This document shows, in pieces, positions 9,581 to 18,271 of a stretch of 64,000 nucleotides of DNA. This DNA is from a virus. The translations under genes and the position numbers were made by a program. Below the pieces are notes generated by a model, which had not been told where the DNA came from, made no database searches, and worked only from the letters and a program-made list of their open reading frames with translations. Location: the IMG/VR virus record IMGVR_UViG_3300050821_002957, positions 143,192-207,191 of that record; one strand, written 5' to 3'. The first letter of the stretch is position 1. Each line of letters starts with the position of its first letter.

Positions 9581-9766
9581 ATGATCGAACTTTCAGTAAT
9601 ATTGTCGTGCGGCCACGTTGCTGTCGTAGAGTCGCCGGTTCCCTTTGATATTTTGGATCGGATGGGATTTGCATCGGCATCATGTCCTCAGGGATGTGGT
9701 TATCGAATGATCATCAAGGAAAATAAAGACACATCTTCTATTGACAAACCGAAGAAGGTGGGATAG
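9581..9766 (+). CDS. hypothetical small protein
   Basis: 61-aa ORF with a Cys pair. Confidence 0.4.
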   Translation: MIELSVILSCGHVAVVESPVPFDILDRMGFASASCPQGCGYRMIIKENKDTSSIDKPKKVG

Positions 9767-9769
9767 GCT
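9728..9769 (+). promoter_or_regulatory. promoter family copy 3 (variant box GACACATCTTCTATTGACA, 17 bp, TAGGCT, 7 nt, ATG 9777)
   Basis: TTGACA, exact 17-bp spacer and a -10-like hexamer directly before the ATG. Confidence 0.45.
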
Positions 9770-9776
9770 AAGAACA

Positions 9777-10118
9777 ATGACGATTCAACAGAATGGTGGT
9801 TTCAAATCGAGTGGAGAAGGGCCGAAGGAAGTGCGCCCACCGGAGCCAGTCAGCTTTATTGTAAAGTTTACATACTGGCCATCGATGACCAAGGATTGCA
9901 GTCCTTCGGATAGTAAGATCATCGTTCAGGCAATGAGCTACGACGAGGCTGTAGAGAACTCCAAGAAAGAACTCAAGGCTAAGAAAATGTGGCGGCAGGT
10001 TATCGCTATTCACTCGGTGAGTTTTGTTTGTGATGGTTGGGGTCGAGCGATCAAGCCGACAAGTTCCAATCGAGGGAAACTTCAATTCGAGGAAAGTGTC
10101 GCTGAATATCTACTATGA
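9777..10118 (+). CDS. hypothetical protein
   Basis: ATG just downstream of promoter copy 3; 113 aa. Confidence 0.55.
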   Translation: MTIQQNGGFKSSGEGPKEVRPPEPVSFIVKFTYWPSMTKDCSPSDSKIIVQAMSYDEAVENSKKELKAKKMWRQVIAIHSVSFVCDGWGRAIKPTSSNRGKLQFEESVAEYLL

Positions 10119-10321
10119 CCCAACAAGAGGTCGTCGAAAAAATTGTTCAGTTGAGAGAGGAACGGTGTGATTGTGTTTTGTCCGTCCGTATGCCCTCAAC
10201 TTGTCGCCGATGTTGGGATCTGATGTTTTACACGGAATTATTGAGAGATTGGAAAGAAAACGAAGAATTGACTTGGCCGGAACTAACCGTCACTTGTCGT
10301 GAAGAAAAGATGGAGGATTAA
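10115..10321 (+). CDS. hypothetical protein
   Basis: 68-aa ORF with an ATGA overlap. Confidence 0.45.
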   Translation: MTQQEVVEKIVQLREERCDCVLSVRMPSTCRRCWDLMFYTELLRDWKENEELTWPELTVTCREEKMED

Positions 10322-10324
10322 AAA

Positions 10325-11752
10325 ATGAATTTTGAAACTTTGAAGCACACAAACTATGGGGCAACTGTCGTAACGCTCTCGAAGTTTGTTGCATTGGAAA
10401 AGGGTGATGGTGGCCGTCAGGCGTGCGACAACGTGAAAGCTGCGTTGATTTTTGGTATGCAGGTTATCGTCAGCAAGGATGTCGAAGCTGGTTCGGTAGG
10501 TCTGTATTTCCCTGCGGAGACTGCGCTGTCAGCAGAATTCCTGGGTCAGAACAACCTCTATCGCAAGGCCGAGTTTGGCAACACCGATCCCGAAAAGAAG
10601 GGATTTTTCGAGCAGCATGGTCGTGTCCGTGTCGTGAAGTTCCGTGGTCACAAGTCGGAAGGCTTCTGGATTCCGCTGGACTCACTCAAGTATCTGGGCC
10701 TGCCGCTGTCGGAATTTCCAGTTGGTGCTGAATTCGATTTTGTGAACGAACACGAAATCTGCCACAAGTACATTCCTCGCCGTAACCGGGTGTCGAATCC
10801 TTGTGCGCCTCGTGGCCGTAAGGCTCGTGTCGAAGACAAGCTGGTAGACGGTCAGTTCCGTTTCCATATCGATACGGCGCAGCTTCGTCGTAATGCTCAT
10901 CGTATCGAACCGGACACGTTAATCTCGGTGTCTGAGAAGTGGCATGGTACGTCGGCCATCTTCTCGAACATCCTGGTAAAGCGTGATCTGGCGTGGTATG
11001 AGCGTGCGCTGAAGTGGCTGGGCACGAAGATCCAGGAATACGAATTCGGTTTCACCTGGGCGTCTCGCCGTGTTGTGAAGGGTGTGGATGGCGAAGCAAA
11101 GAAGGATGCCGTTCATTTTTACTCGACCGACATCTGGGGCACGGTCGCAAAGGAAGTCCAGGAATTCATTCCGAAGGGCTTCACGATTTACGGCGAAATT
11201 GTCGGCTTTACGCCGGATGGTGGTGCGATCCAAAAGGGTAAGACTGGTGTTTACCATTATGGTTGCCAGCCGGGTACGCATCGCTTCTTGGTGTATCGTG
11301 TCACGTCAACGAACTACGATGGTAAGGTCGTAGAACTGGCGTGGCCGCAAATGAAGGAATTCTGCCGCAAGTACGGTCTCGAAATGGTCAAGGAACTATA
11401 CTATGGCCGTGCGGATGGATTCTTTCCGATGGATCGAGTTGAAGCGTTCGACAACGAAGGCTATTCAATCGGTAATCGCAACATGACGCTCGACGAATGG
11501 CAGGAAGGTTTTGTCAAGGCGCTTGAAAAGGCGTTTGTCTATGACCAGATGTGCCAACACAACAACATGGAAGTTCCGGCAGAAGGTGTCGTGGTCCGTG
11601 TTGAACGCTACGACGAATGCGAAGCCTTCAAACTGAAGTCGTTCCTGTTCCTCCAGCACGAGTCTGATCAGTTGGACAAGGGCGAACTGGACATGGAAAC
11701 GGCAGAAGCCGAAGGTGGCGCTGACGAAGTTACGGAAGGCGCAGAAGCATGA
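10325..11752 (+). CDS. putative RNA ligase (Rnl2/Rnl5-like nucleotidyltransferase with N-terminal extra domain)
   Basis: 475-aa ORF. Segment SEKWHGTSAIFSN matches covalent nucleotidyltransferase motif I (KxHGxN type of the Rnl2 family). An approximately 200-aa N-terminal domain precedes it. Confidence 0.45.
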   Translation: MNFETLKHTNYGATVVTLSKFVALEKGDGGRQACDNVKAALIFGMQVIVSKDVEAGSVGLYFPAETALSAEFLGQNNLYRKAEFGNTDPEKKGFFEQHGRVRVVKFRGHKSEGFWIPLDSLKYLGLPLSEFPVGAEFDFVNEHEICHKYIPRRNRVSNPCAPRGRKARVEDKLVDGQFRFHIDTAQLRRNAHRIEPDTLISVSEKWHGTSAIFSNILVKRDLAWYERALKWLGTKIQEYEFGFTWASRRVVKGVDGEAKKDAVHFYSTDIWGTVAKEVQEFIPKGFTIYGEIVGFTPDGGAIQKGKTGVYHYGCQPGTHRFLVYRVTSTNYDGKVVELAWPQMKEFCRKYGLEMVKELYYGRADGFFPMDRVEAFDNEGYSIGNRNMTLDEWQEGFVKALEKAFVYDQMCQHNNMEVPAEGVVVRVERYDECEAFKLKSFLFLQHESDQLDKGELDMETAEAEGGADEVTEGAEA

Positions 11753-11783
11753 TTGGGAAGTTGACACGCCTGCAATTTGCGGT

Positions 11784-12311
11784 ATGATTGTAGGCGTGTC
11801 AATCCCTAAATTATCGAACAAGCAAATTACTCTCAATGCAGTCCTCCCTCTGAAAGGCGTAACATTCACCGACCGAGAAGCAATGGATGATGCATTTTTA
11901 CCGTACTTCGCACCACTCCAAAATTTCTTCCACGGCGAAGGACATCGTGATCTTGTTGATCGTCTGATTCGTTGTGGATGGATCACTGTAGATCGAGTCA
12001 AAGGCACATTTACCGTGGTGCTTGAAGAAGGCATCCAAGTTGCAATGCAGGCGACCGACCCAACACAAGGCCCGACTCCTCGCACAGTAGAAATGTCATT
12101 TCTGGAAGAACATCAGCCGGTGACGCAACTCACTTTCGTTCAGATGCAAATGATCGATGAAGTCGGGAAGCATACATCATATGATCCAGGCCCCAATGAA
12201 CCGAAGCGAATCGCCATTCTTGAAACTCTTATCGATGCAGGTTTGGTTCAAATTTCATATTCATTGACTCCATTGGGCATTGCAGAATTCAAAAAACTCG
12301 GATCTATTTAA
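11784..12311 (+). CDS. hypothetical protein
   Basis: First ATG of the 11715 GTG-initiated frame; 175 aa. Confidence 0.45.
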   Translation: MIVGVSIPKLSNKQITLNAVLPLKGVTFTDREAMDDAFLPYFAPLQNFFHGEGHRDLVDRLIRCGWITVDRVKGTFTVVLEEGIQVAMQATDPTQGPTPRTVEMSFLEEHQPVTQLTFVQMQMIDEVGKHTSYDPGPNEPKRIAILETLIDAGLVQISYSLTPLGIAEFKKLGSI

Positions 12312-13363
12312 TGCGTCTGAAAAAAGCATTTTCGTTCGACGACGTGATGCTCGTGCCACGTCTTAGTCACATGAACACCAGGAGCGATGCCGATCTCTCT
12401 ACGACTGTCGCTAGTGTACCGTTAAAAATTCCAATCATCGCCGCCAACATGTCTTCCGTGTGTGAAGCAGATATGGCTATTGCTTTGGCACAAATCGGTG
12501 GTCTTGGAATTATTCATCGCATGTGCTCTGTAGATGAACAAGCAGCAATGGTCAGACATGTTCGTGGAAGTGCTGGAATTGTACGTCCTCTTGAACCACC
12601 TGCTGTACGAGTTGGGTTTTCCATAGGCGTTGGTGAAGATTGGCGTGACCGTATGGATGCTTGCCGACATCATGCTGATATTGTATGCTTAGACATTGCA
12701 CATGCTCATCATCAGCGGGTCATTGAACTGCTCGACAAATATTTTGGAATTTACAAAGACTATCCGATCATCATTGGACAGGTAAGTACGGCTGCTGCGG
12801 TTCGTGATCTTCTCCGGTCGAATCATGTAGCAAAACATTTACCGACGATTGCGTTCAAGACTTCTATTGGCGGCGGCTCGCTTTGTACGACTAGAATCAA
12901 AACGGGATTTGGTGTGCCGACACTTCAGTCAATCATGGACATTCACCAAGTATTTCCTGAAATTAACATCATTGGTGACGGCGGCATCAAAGAATCTGGT
13001 GACATCGTAAAGTCGCTGGCCGCAGGCGCAAGTGCTGTGATGCTTGGCAGTCTTCTTGCCGGAACCGATGAAGCCCCTGGTAGAATCGTAAAGAGTAAAG
13101 ACATCATGTTCAAGGTCTATCGTGGTTCGGCGTCGTTCGGTGATAAAGCTCTACGTGGAGAAAAGACACGAAACGTCGAAGGCGAGGAAGCTCTTGTTCC
13201 CTACAAAGGTAGTGTTCATCGTGTCGTCGAAAATTTACTCGATGGAATTCGTAGTGGATTTTCTTACGGTGGTGCTGCTACAATAAATGAATTACAGGAC
13301 GGAATCGAATTCATTGAAATTTCAGCCCACGGTTACCAAGAAAGCCTACCGCATGGTAAGTGA
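12311..13363 (+). CDS. guaC: IMPDH/GMP reductase family enzyme without CBS insert (GuaC-like)
   Basis: FDDVMLVP start, GGLGIIHR, catalytic-Cys loop [34 protein letters not shown]; 350 aa. Confidence 0.8.
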   Translation: MRLKKAFSFDDVMLVPRLSHMNTRSDADLSTTVASVPLKIPIIAANMSSVCEADMAIALAQIGGLGIIHRMCSVDEQAAMVRHVRGSAGIVRPLEPPAVRVGFSIGVGEDWRDRMDACRHHADIVCLDIAHAHHQRVIELLDKYFGIYKDYPIIIGQVSTAAAVRDLLRSNHVAKHLPTIAFKTSIGGGSLCTTRIKTGFGVPTLQSIMDIHQVFPEINIIGDGGIKESGDIVKSLAAGASAVMLGSLLAGTDEAPGRIVKSKDIMFKVYRGSASFGDKALRGEKTRNVEGEEALVPYKGSVHRVVENLLDGIRSGFSYGGAATINELQDGIEFIEISAHGYQESLPHGK

Positions 13364-13549
13364 AGAAGAAGTACTGAAAGTATGTGCTAAAGAGCGCCCA
13401 GAGTGGAGAATGCGCTACAGTCATCGGTATTTCTACATGTCCTGGGGTGCTGATACACTCGCTGAATTGCGGCGGATCGTATCTAATAAAGGTCTTAAAT
13501 TTGTGATTGATAATTCAAAATTTTGATACGAATTATTGTTGGAGTTTTC

Positions 13550-13579
13550 TTGTGTTTTGCTACCATATTCGTGTATTAT
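13550..13579 (+). promoter_or_regulatory. candidate promoter TTGTGT, 18 bp, TATTAT upstream of coaD
   Basis: Hexamers by eye. Confidence 0.3.
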
Positions 13580-13613
13580 GGTGTTCTAAGCTGGGTCGTA
13601 AAAAAGAACAGAA

Positions 13614-14132
13614 ATGATAGAAGATAGAACGGACTCTCAACACGCAGTTTACGCCGGGACGTTCGATCCATTTACAAAAGGTCATGAGCATGTACTGATG
13701 CAGGCGAAGCCACTCTTCGACCGGATCACACTTGCAATCGGTGTGAACCCAGGTAAGAAGACGATGTTCACGTTGGAAGATCGCCTCGCTATGTTGCGTG
13801 ATGTAGCAAATCAGCACAACAGAATGAAGGTCTCCTCTTTCGAGAATTTGTACCTCATGGATTATGCCGAGAGTATTGGTGCCCGGTATGTAATCAGAGG
13901 TCTCCGTAATGCAGCCGATTTTGAGTACGAGCTTTCGATTGCTCAAATCAACAAAGGAATTAATCCTCGTATTCGTACAGTATTTTTCATGGCAGATCGT
14001 GAATTCGCCGACATCAGTTCCAGTGTCGTCAAAGGTCTCATCGGCCCGAAGGATTGGCAGAAAGTTATTAAAGAATATTTGCCGATGGAAATGTGGGAAC
14101 GTTTTTTCAAAATACTTGACAAGAACTCATAG
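13614..14132 (+). CDS. coaD: phosphopantetheine adenylyltransferase
   Basis: YAGTFDPFTKGHEHV (HxGH nucleotidyltransferase motif), RGLRNAADFEYE, ISSSVVKGL; 172 aa. Confidence 0.85.
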   Translation: MIEDRTDSQHAVYAGTFDPFTKGHEHVLMQAKPLFDRITLAIGVNPGKKTMFTLEDRLAMLRDVANQHNRMKVSSFENLYLMDYAESIGARYVIRGLRNAADFEYELSIAQINKGINPRIRTVFFMADREFADISSSVVKGLIGPKDWQKVIKEYLPMEMWERFFKILDKNS

Positions 14133-14144
14133 AGAGGTTAACAT
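14116..14144 (+). promoter_or_regulatory. promoter TTGACA, 17 bp, TAACAT, 8 nt before ATG 14153
   Basis: Exact -35 and 17-bp spacer. Confidence 0.45.
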
Positions 14145-14152
14145 CAAAACTA

Positions 14153-16540
14153 ATGACGAACGGATCAACCAATCATAATAGCGCTCTCGAAACCGTCTTA
14201 ACCGGCGAAGCGAGTAAGCTGCTTCATACACACAGTGCCACTGTCTTGGCGAAATACGGAAGCCTTAGGAAGGAATTGGAAGCTCTTCAGAATGCTGTCA
14301 ATAAGCATGAAGAGAAAATTTCAAAGTTAGTCAGAACCGCAAAGAAGCAACTCGATCCGTTTTACGATAGGTTTGATCCGACCAGCAAAGCAGGCGTCGA
14401 AGACCTCTCGATTTTCCGGTTCATTGATAACGTCGGCGGCAGTCTGATCAACTTCATGTCGAACAGCAGTGCAAGATTGCAGATGATCCAGATGTATAGT
14501 GATCTTCTGCTTCCGGCGCTTCAACACAAGACCAGTGAACTGTCAGACATCGTTCTGGCAGAAGACAGCGGATCTGAATTGATTCGTACCTGCTCTGCGG
14601 AATTTCAACAGACTGTACTTGGTTTCGAGAAGTTGTTAGCTTCTATCTACGTCGGCACTCGTGGTGAATACAAGAAGCTCCGTCGTAAGTTCTTGGGCGG
14701 AAGTGCGGCCCCTGATAACGATAACGTCGAAGATCAGTTGCTCATGTCCTTCTTTGGAACCAAACCGCCGCAACGTGAGACGACTGGTCCTGCAACTGCT
14801 CTGATCGATGAAAACTGTGTTCTGACTCAGTTGCTCATTGACATCGGTGAGAATCTTCCTCGTTTTTACGAAAAGGTCACCCCGATTTTGAAGCGTGGAA
14901 AGTTGTCCGGTAAGACCAAGACGACCAAAATTCTTGACCAGGGTGAAATTGAAGACTGGGCCGGTACGTTGACTTCAATTTCCAATCCGATCTACTGGAA
15001 GTACGTCAATAATCCTGGCGAACTGACCACGACCATTCTCAGTGTTGTAAAGGCATTCCAGACTGAATACACACAGATTGCAACTGCTCTGCACGCTCTG
15101 GTCATGAAGGCCAATCTCGAACACGAAGAGAAGCGGCGCATCATCGACGATCCGGCTGCGTTGACCAAGCAGTACAATCGTATCAACTTTCTGTCGATCA
15201 GACCGTCTGCTGAAGACATTGCTCCTCGCACCAAAATGGATGCAGATTTGGCAGCAGCACGTACCAAATTGTTTGTCCAGTTGAAAGAGACCATTGATCT
15301 TCTATCTCAGATGGATCACCACGAACAGACCACGGAAGATTTCGCTATCGACCGTGTAAGAAAGGCCATCGAACTGAAAGAAGCGATGGATGACATTCAG
15401 CGTACAGAAGCTCAGAAGCATCTCAAGCGCAATATTGCTGACGACAATGAATTCTACGTCGGCAAGTCGGGCAATCTTGGTTCGATTAGTTCCGAGCGTG
15501 AACCTGCTCCTCGCATCACGTATGACGATGTGATTGGTGCCAGCTTCATCAAGGCCAAGCAGCACGTCGATGAAGTAATCAAGGTTGCTTCTCATCCTCA
15601 CTTGATGCGTCTTTCGGCTCCTCGTGGAAATGTGAAGAGCAATTTGCTGTTCATTGGGCCTTATGGTTGCGGTAAGACGGAAATAGCTCGTGCTATCGGT
15701 GGTGACAAACGTATCATCGGCTTCAACGTTGCTGTTGCAGACATGTTGACTGCTTACATGCACGAATCGGTCAAGAACGTCAAGCGTGTCTATGATTGTG
15801 CCAAGGATCTCCGCAAGGGTTCTCGGTACACCAAGCCGGTTGCAATTTTGATGGACGAGTTTGATCGTCTCTTCAATTACGGCGAAGGTGTTCATGCTGC
15901 CTATGATGGCGGTCGCATGACTGGTGTTCTTCAGGAAATGATGGACGGCGTTGTGGACTACGAAGGTGTGTTCTTGGTCGGCATGACGAACGTTCCGAAG
16001 CAAATTCCTGAAGCTGTTCTGCGTCGGTTCAAGTACGTCGATGTGGTCGGTCAGTTGACGCAGGAAGAGCGGGTCAAGTTGTTCAAGATGTTCCTGACTC
16101 GTGGTCTCCCGGTCGATGAATCCGTCACCGAAGCCGATTATCTGAAGTGGGCCGATATGATGAATCACGCTCCTGGTGATGTCATTGGAAAGGTCACCGA
16201 CGAAATTCACTTCAAGTTCATGCATGAGCTTGTAACCCGAGACGAAAAAATCATCGCCACTCTAGAAAAGTCTTTGTCCAAGAAACTTCGTGATCGTGAA
16301 GCCAAGAAAACCGACTACACATTCCTGAAGGCAGCACTGGCGAAGCACAAGACGATTGGCGCAGCCGACATCACGACCGCACTGGAAGCAGTCATCGTCC
16401 AGCCACAAGTAAAGATGCAAATCAACAAGGCGAAGCAGACCTACAAGGATGCAGAAGACATCATGAAGGGTTTGAGTGCAATCGGCGAGTCGGACCACGG
16501 TTTCCACGGTCTGAAAAAGTCCCAAATCTGGGGCCAGTAA
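14153..16540 (+). CDS. large AAA+ ATPase-domain protein
   Basis: 795 aa. C-terminal AAA module with Walker A GPYGCGKT, Walker B ILMDEFD and SRH-like EAVLRRF. Confidence 0.8.
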   Translation: MTNGSTNHNSALETVLTGEASKLLHTHSATVLAKYGSLRKELEALQNAVNKHEEKISKLVRTAKKQLDPFYDRFDPTSKAGVEDLSIFRFIDNVGGSLINFMSNSSARLQMIQMYSDLLLPALQHKTSELSDIVLAEDSGSELIRTCSAEFQQTVLGFEKLLASIYVGTRGEYKKLRRKFLGGSAAPDNDNVEDQLLMSFFGTKPPQRETTGPATALIDENCVLTQLLIDIGENLPRFYEKVTPILKRGKLSGKTKTTKILDQGEIEDWAGTLTSISNPIYWKYVNNPGELTTTILSVVKAFQTEYTQIATALHALVMKANLEHEEKRRIIDDPAALTKQYNRINFLSIRPSAEDIAPRTKMDADLAAARTKLFVQLKETIDLLSQMDHHEQTTEDFAIDRVRKAIELKEAMDDIQRTEAQKHLKRNIADDNEFYVGKSGNLGSISSEREPAPRITYDDVIGASFIKAKQHVDEVIKVASHPHLMRLSAPRGNVKSNLLFIGPYGCGKTEIARAIGGDKRIIGFNVAVADMLTAYMHESVKNVKRVYDCAKDLRKGSRYTKPVAILMDEFDRLFNYGEGVHAAYDGGRMTGVLQEMMDGVVDYEGVFLVGMTNVPKQIPEAVLRRFKYVDVVGQLTQEERVKLFKMFLTRGLPVDESVTEADYLKWADMMNHAPGDVIGKVTDEIHFKFMHELVTRDEKIIATLEKSLSKKLRDREAKKTDYTFLKAALAKHKTIGAADITTALEAVIVQPQVKMQINKAKQTYKDAEDIMKGLSAIGESDHGFHGLKKSQIWGQ

Positions 16541-16547
16541 AATCCTC

Positions 16548-16593
16548 TTTACAATCGTTCATGGATCTGTTAGTATTTGGTCCATGAACGATT
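16548..16593 (+). promoter_or_regulatory. promoter TTTACA, 17 bp, TAGTAT, 7 nt, ATG 16584, embedded in a perfect 12-bp inverted repeat (aatcgttcatgg / ccatgaacgatt)
   Basis: The IR arms bracket the -10 element and include the start codon. Confidence 0.5.
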
Positions 16594-16793
16594 CCCTAAA
16601 AGGCACAATGAATTTGAATGAACTGATCATGGGTGTTCGGGCGGAACCGGCATTTAATGGTAAGGTTCGTCTTAAGTATCTTGCAATTTCAGGAGGCTGT
16701 GGCCCGGAACTGAGCATGGACTTCGATTTAGCAAGAAAAACCATCATGGCATTGGAAACGGCAATGGCGGGTGGAACCTACGAAAGCGAATAA
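16584..16793 (+). CDS. hypothetical small protein (paralog of the next gene at its N-terminus)
   Basis: MNDSLKGTMNL resembles MSDSFLNGSMPG of the 16844 gene. Confidence 0.5.
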   Translation: MNDSLKGTMNLNELIMGVRAEPAFNGKVRLKYLAISGGCGPELSMDFDLARKTIMALETAMAGGTYESE

Positions 16794-16794
16794 A

Positions 16795-16853
16795 GGTACA
16801 TCTACCTGTTGACAATCGCTCATGAGCCTGCTAGAATGGGTTCATGAGCGATT
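16795..16853 (+). promoter_or_regulatory. promoter family copy 4 (GGTACATCTACCTGTTGACA, 17 bp, TAGAAT, 6 nt, ATG 16844) with 12-bp inverted repeat (aatcgctcatga / tcatgagcgatt)
   Basis: Same architecture as the 16548 element. Confidence 0.5.
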
Positions 16854-17185
16854 CCTTTTTGAACGGTTCAATGCCTGGAGATTACGTCGAGCTAGGCGAT
16901 GTCTGCCGAAAACGCCTGGGAATGCAGTGTCAATACGGCTCCCGGTACGCTAACGATCTCTGCAAAGACCTTCGTTACATCGGAACAACCGCCGACTACC
17001 ACTCGATGCAGATTCACCGAGATGACGTTGAAGAGTATGTCGGTCGAGTGGCCATCTATCGCCATAAAATTGGTGCCATTGGGGAAGCCGAATCATTTGC
17101 GTTGTGTCCTGCCGCTCATAGATTTGATTCGCATATTTTTGATGTGGTCGCCGAGTTCATTCGCAAAAAGGACGTAAAATGCTGA
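16844..17185 (+). CDS. hypothetical protein
   Basis: 113-aa ORF. Confidence 0.5.
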   Translation: MSDSFLNGSMPGDYVELGDVCRKRLGMQCQYGSRYANDLCKDLRYIGTTADYHSMQIHRDDVEEYVGRVAIYRHKIGAIGEAESFALCPAAHRFDSHIFDVVAEFIRKKDVKC

Positions 17186-17364
17186 GAGTAGGAGATCGTG
17201 TTCGCCGAGAAAAAGAGCTAGGCCGGATTCGGATGACACCAGCAATGGAATACGGTCGATATGAAATCGAATTCGATAACGGTGTGACACTATTTCTGAA
17301 CGCCGACGAATTTGAAGACGTTCCTTTACCACAATTTTGCAGGGATATTTTTGAGGAATTATGA
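17179..17364 (+). CDS. hypothetical small protein
   Basis: 61-aa ORF overlapping the neighbouring genes. Confidence 0.4.
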   Translation: MLRVGDRVRREKELGRIRMTPAMEYGRYEIEFDNGVTLFLNADEFEDVPLPQFCRDIFEEL

Positions 17365-18008
17365 ACGAAGACACCATCGAGACACATCCAAGTTACGCCC
17401 AGATCAGTGCCAGCCGAGTGAGTTCAAACCCCGGCGCAACAATGTACGGTTCCAAACTTCAGCATGGTCGTTATATCATCATCACAATCTCGGAATCGGA
17501 ACTGCATCGCTCGATTAATTCGGATCGTTACCATGATCGCAAGCAATTGATTCGTGTTCGTCTGACAGAAAACCAGTTCGCAGAATTCATTACGTCATTG
17601 AACAGCGGCGGCGGCGCACCTTGCACTATTGAACGGCAAAACGGCCAACAAATTCCTTCGCCACCATTTCGTGATGAAGTTGGCACCGTCCGAAACGAGT
17701 TTGAAGCCAAGGCCAAGGAAGTCGCCAAGACTCTGGCAGATGCACAGAAGCGTCTCGCTGTAATGATTGCACCGGGTGGCAAGGCTTCCAAGGCCGACCT
17801 GAATACTCTTCAAAGCGAAATTGACAAAGCTGTGCGGGAGATCGGTGCAAACATGCCGTACATGGCCGAGTGCTTTGTCGAAACGATGGAAGAAGTCGTG
17901 ACCGACGCCAAGGCCACCATTGAAGCCTTCGCTGCCGACCGTCGTCAGTCTGGTCTCACCGAAGCTCCAGTGTTGACTTTAAACGCCGTCGATGAGGACC
18001 CAAAATGA
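17361..18008 (+). CDS. hypothetical protein
   Basis: 215-aa ORF. Confidence 0.55.
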   Translation: MNEDTIETHPSYAQISASRVSSNPGATMYGSKLQHGRYIIITISESELHRSINSDRYHDRKQLIRVRLTENQFAEFITSLNSGGGAPCTIERQNGQQIPSPPFRDEVGTVRNEFEAKAKEVAKTLADAQKRLAVMIAPGGKASKADLNTLQSEIDKAVREIGANMPYMAECFVETMEEVVTDAKATIEAFAADRRQSGLTEAPVLTLNAVDEDPK

Positions 18009-18271
18009 CACTCAAAATATTGGTCATGTCGGCTTTGGAGACCATTTCCGAAGACGGAGGGTTTCTTCCGGCTACCAAAGATCCTGTCAATGCAACATCG
18101 AAGCGAGTGAAGCCAAATCCGTATGCTGGGTATGCTCCGCTTGCCGACGACATAATCAAGGCTTGGGATGAAGATCCTGACCAGATCGTTACTCCCGATG
18201 CCTATGAAGACGTTTGTATCGGCATTCATGAATACGCAAAAGCACGCCCACCAAAAAAGAAAGCGTCATGA
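18005..18271 (+). CDS. hypothetical protein
   Basis: 88-aa ORF with an ATGA overlap. Confidence 0.5.
   Translation: MTLKILVMSALETISEDGGFLPATKDPVNATSKRVKPNPYAGYAPLADDIIKAWDEDPDQIVTPDAYEDVCIGIHEYAKARPPKKKAS

Noticed and set aside
15302-16225. 307-aa minus-strand ORF inside the AAA+ gene (also 14992..15294, 16262..16525)
   Set aside because: Antisense to an ORF with Walker A/B motifs; no start context.
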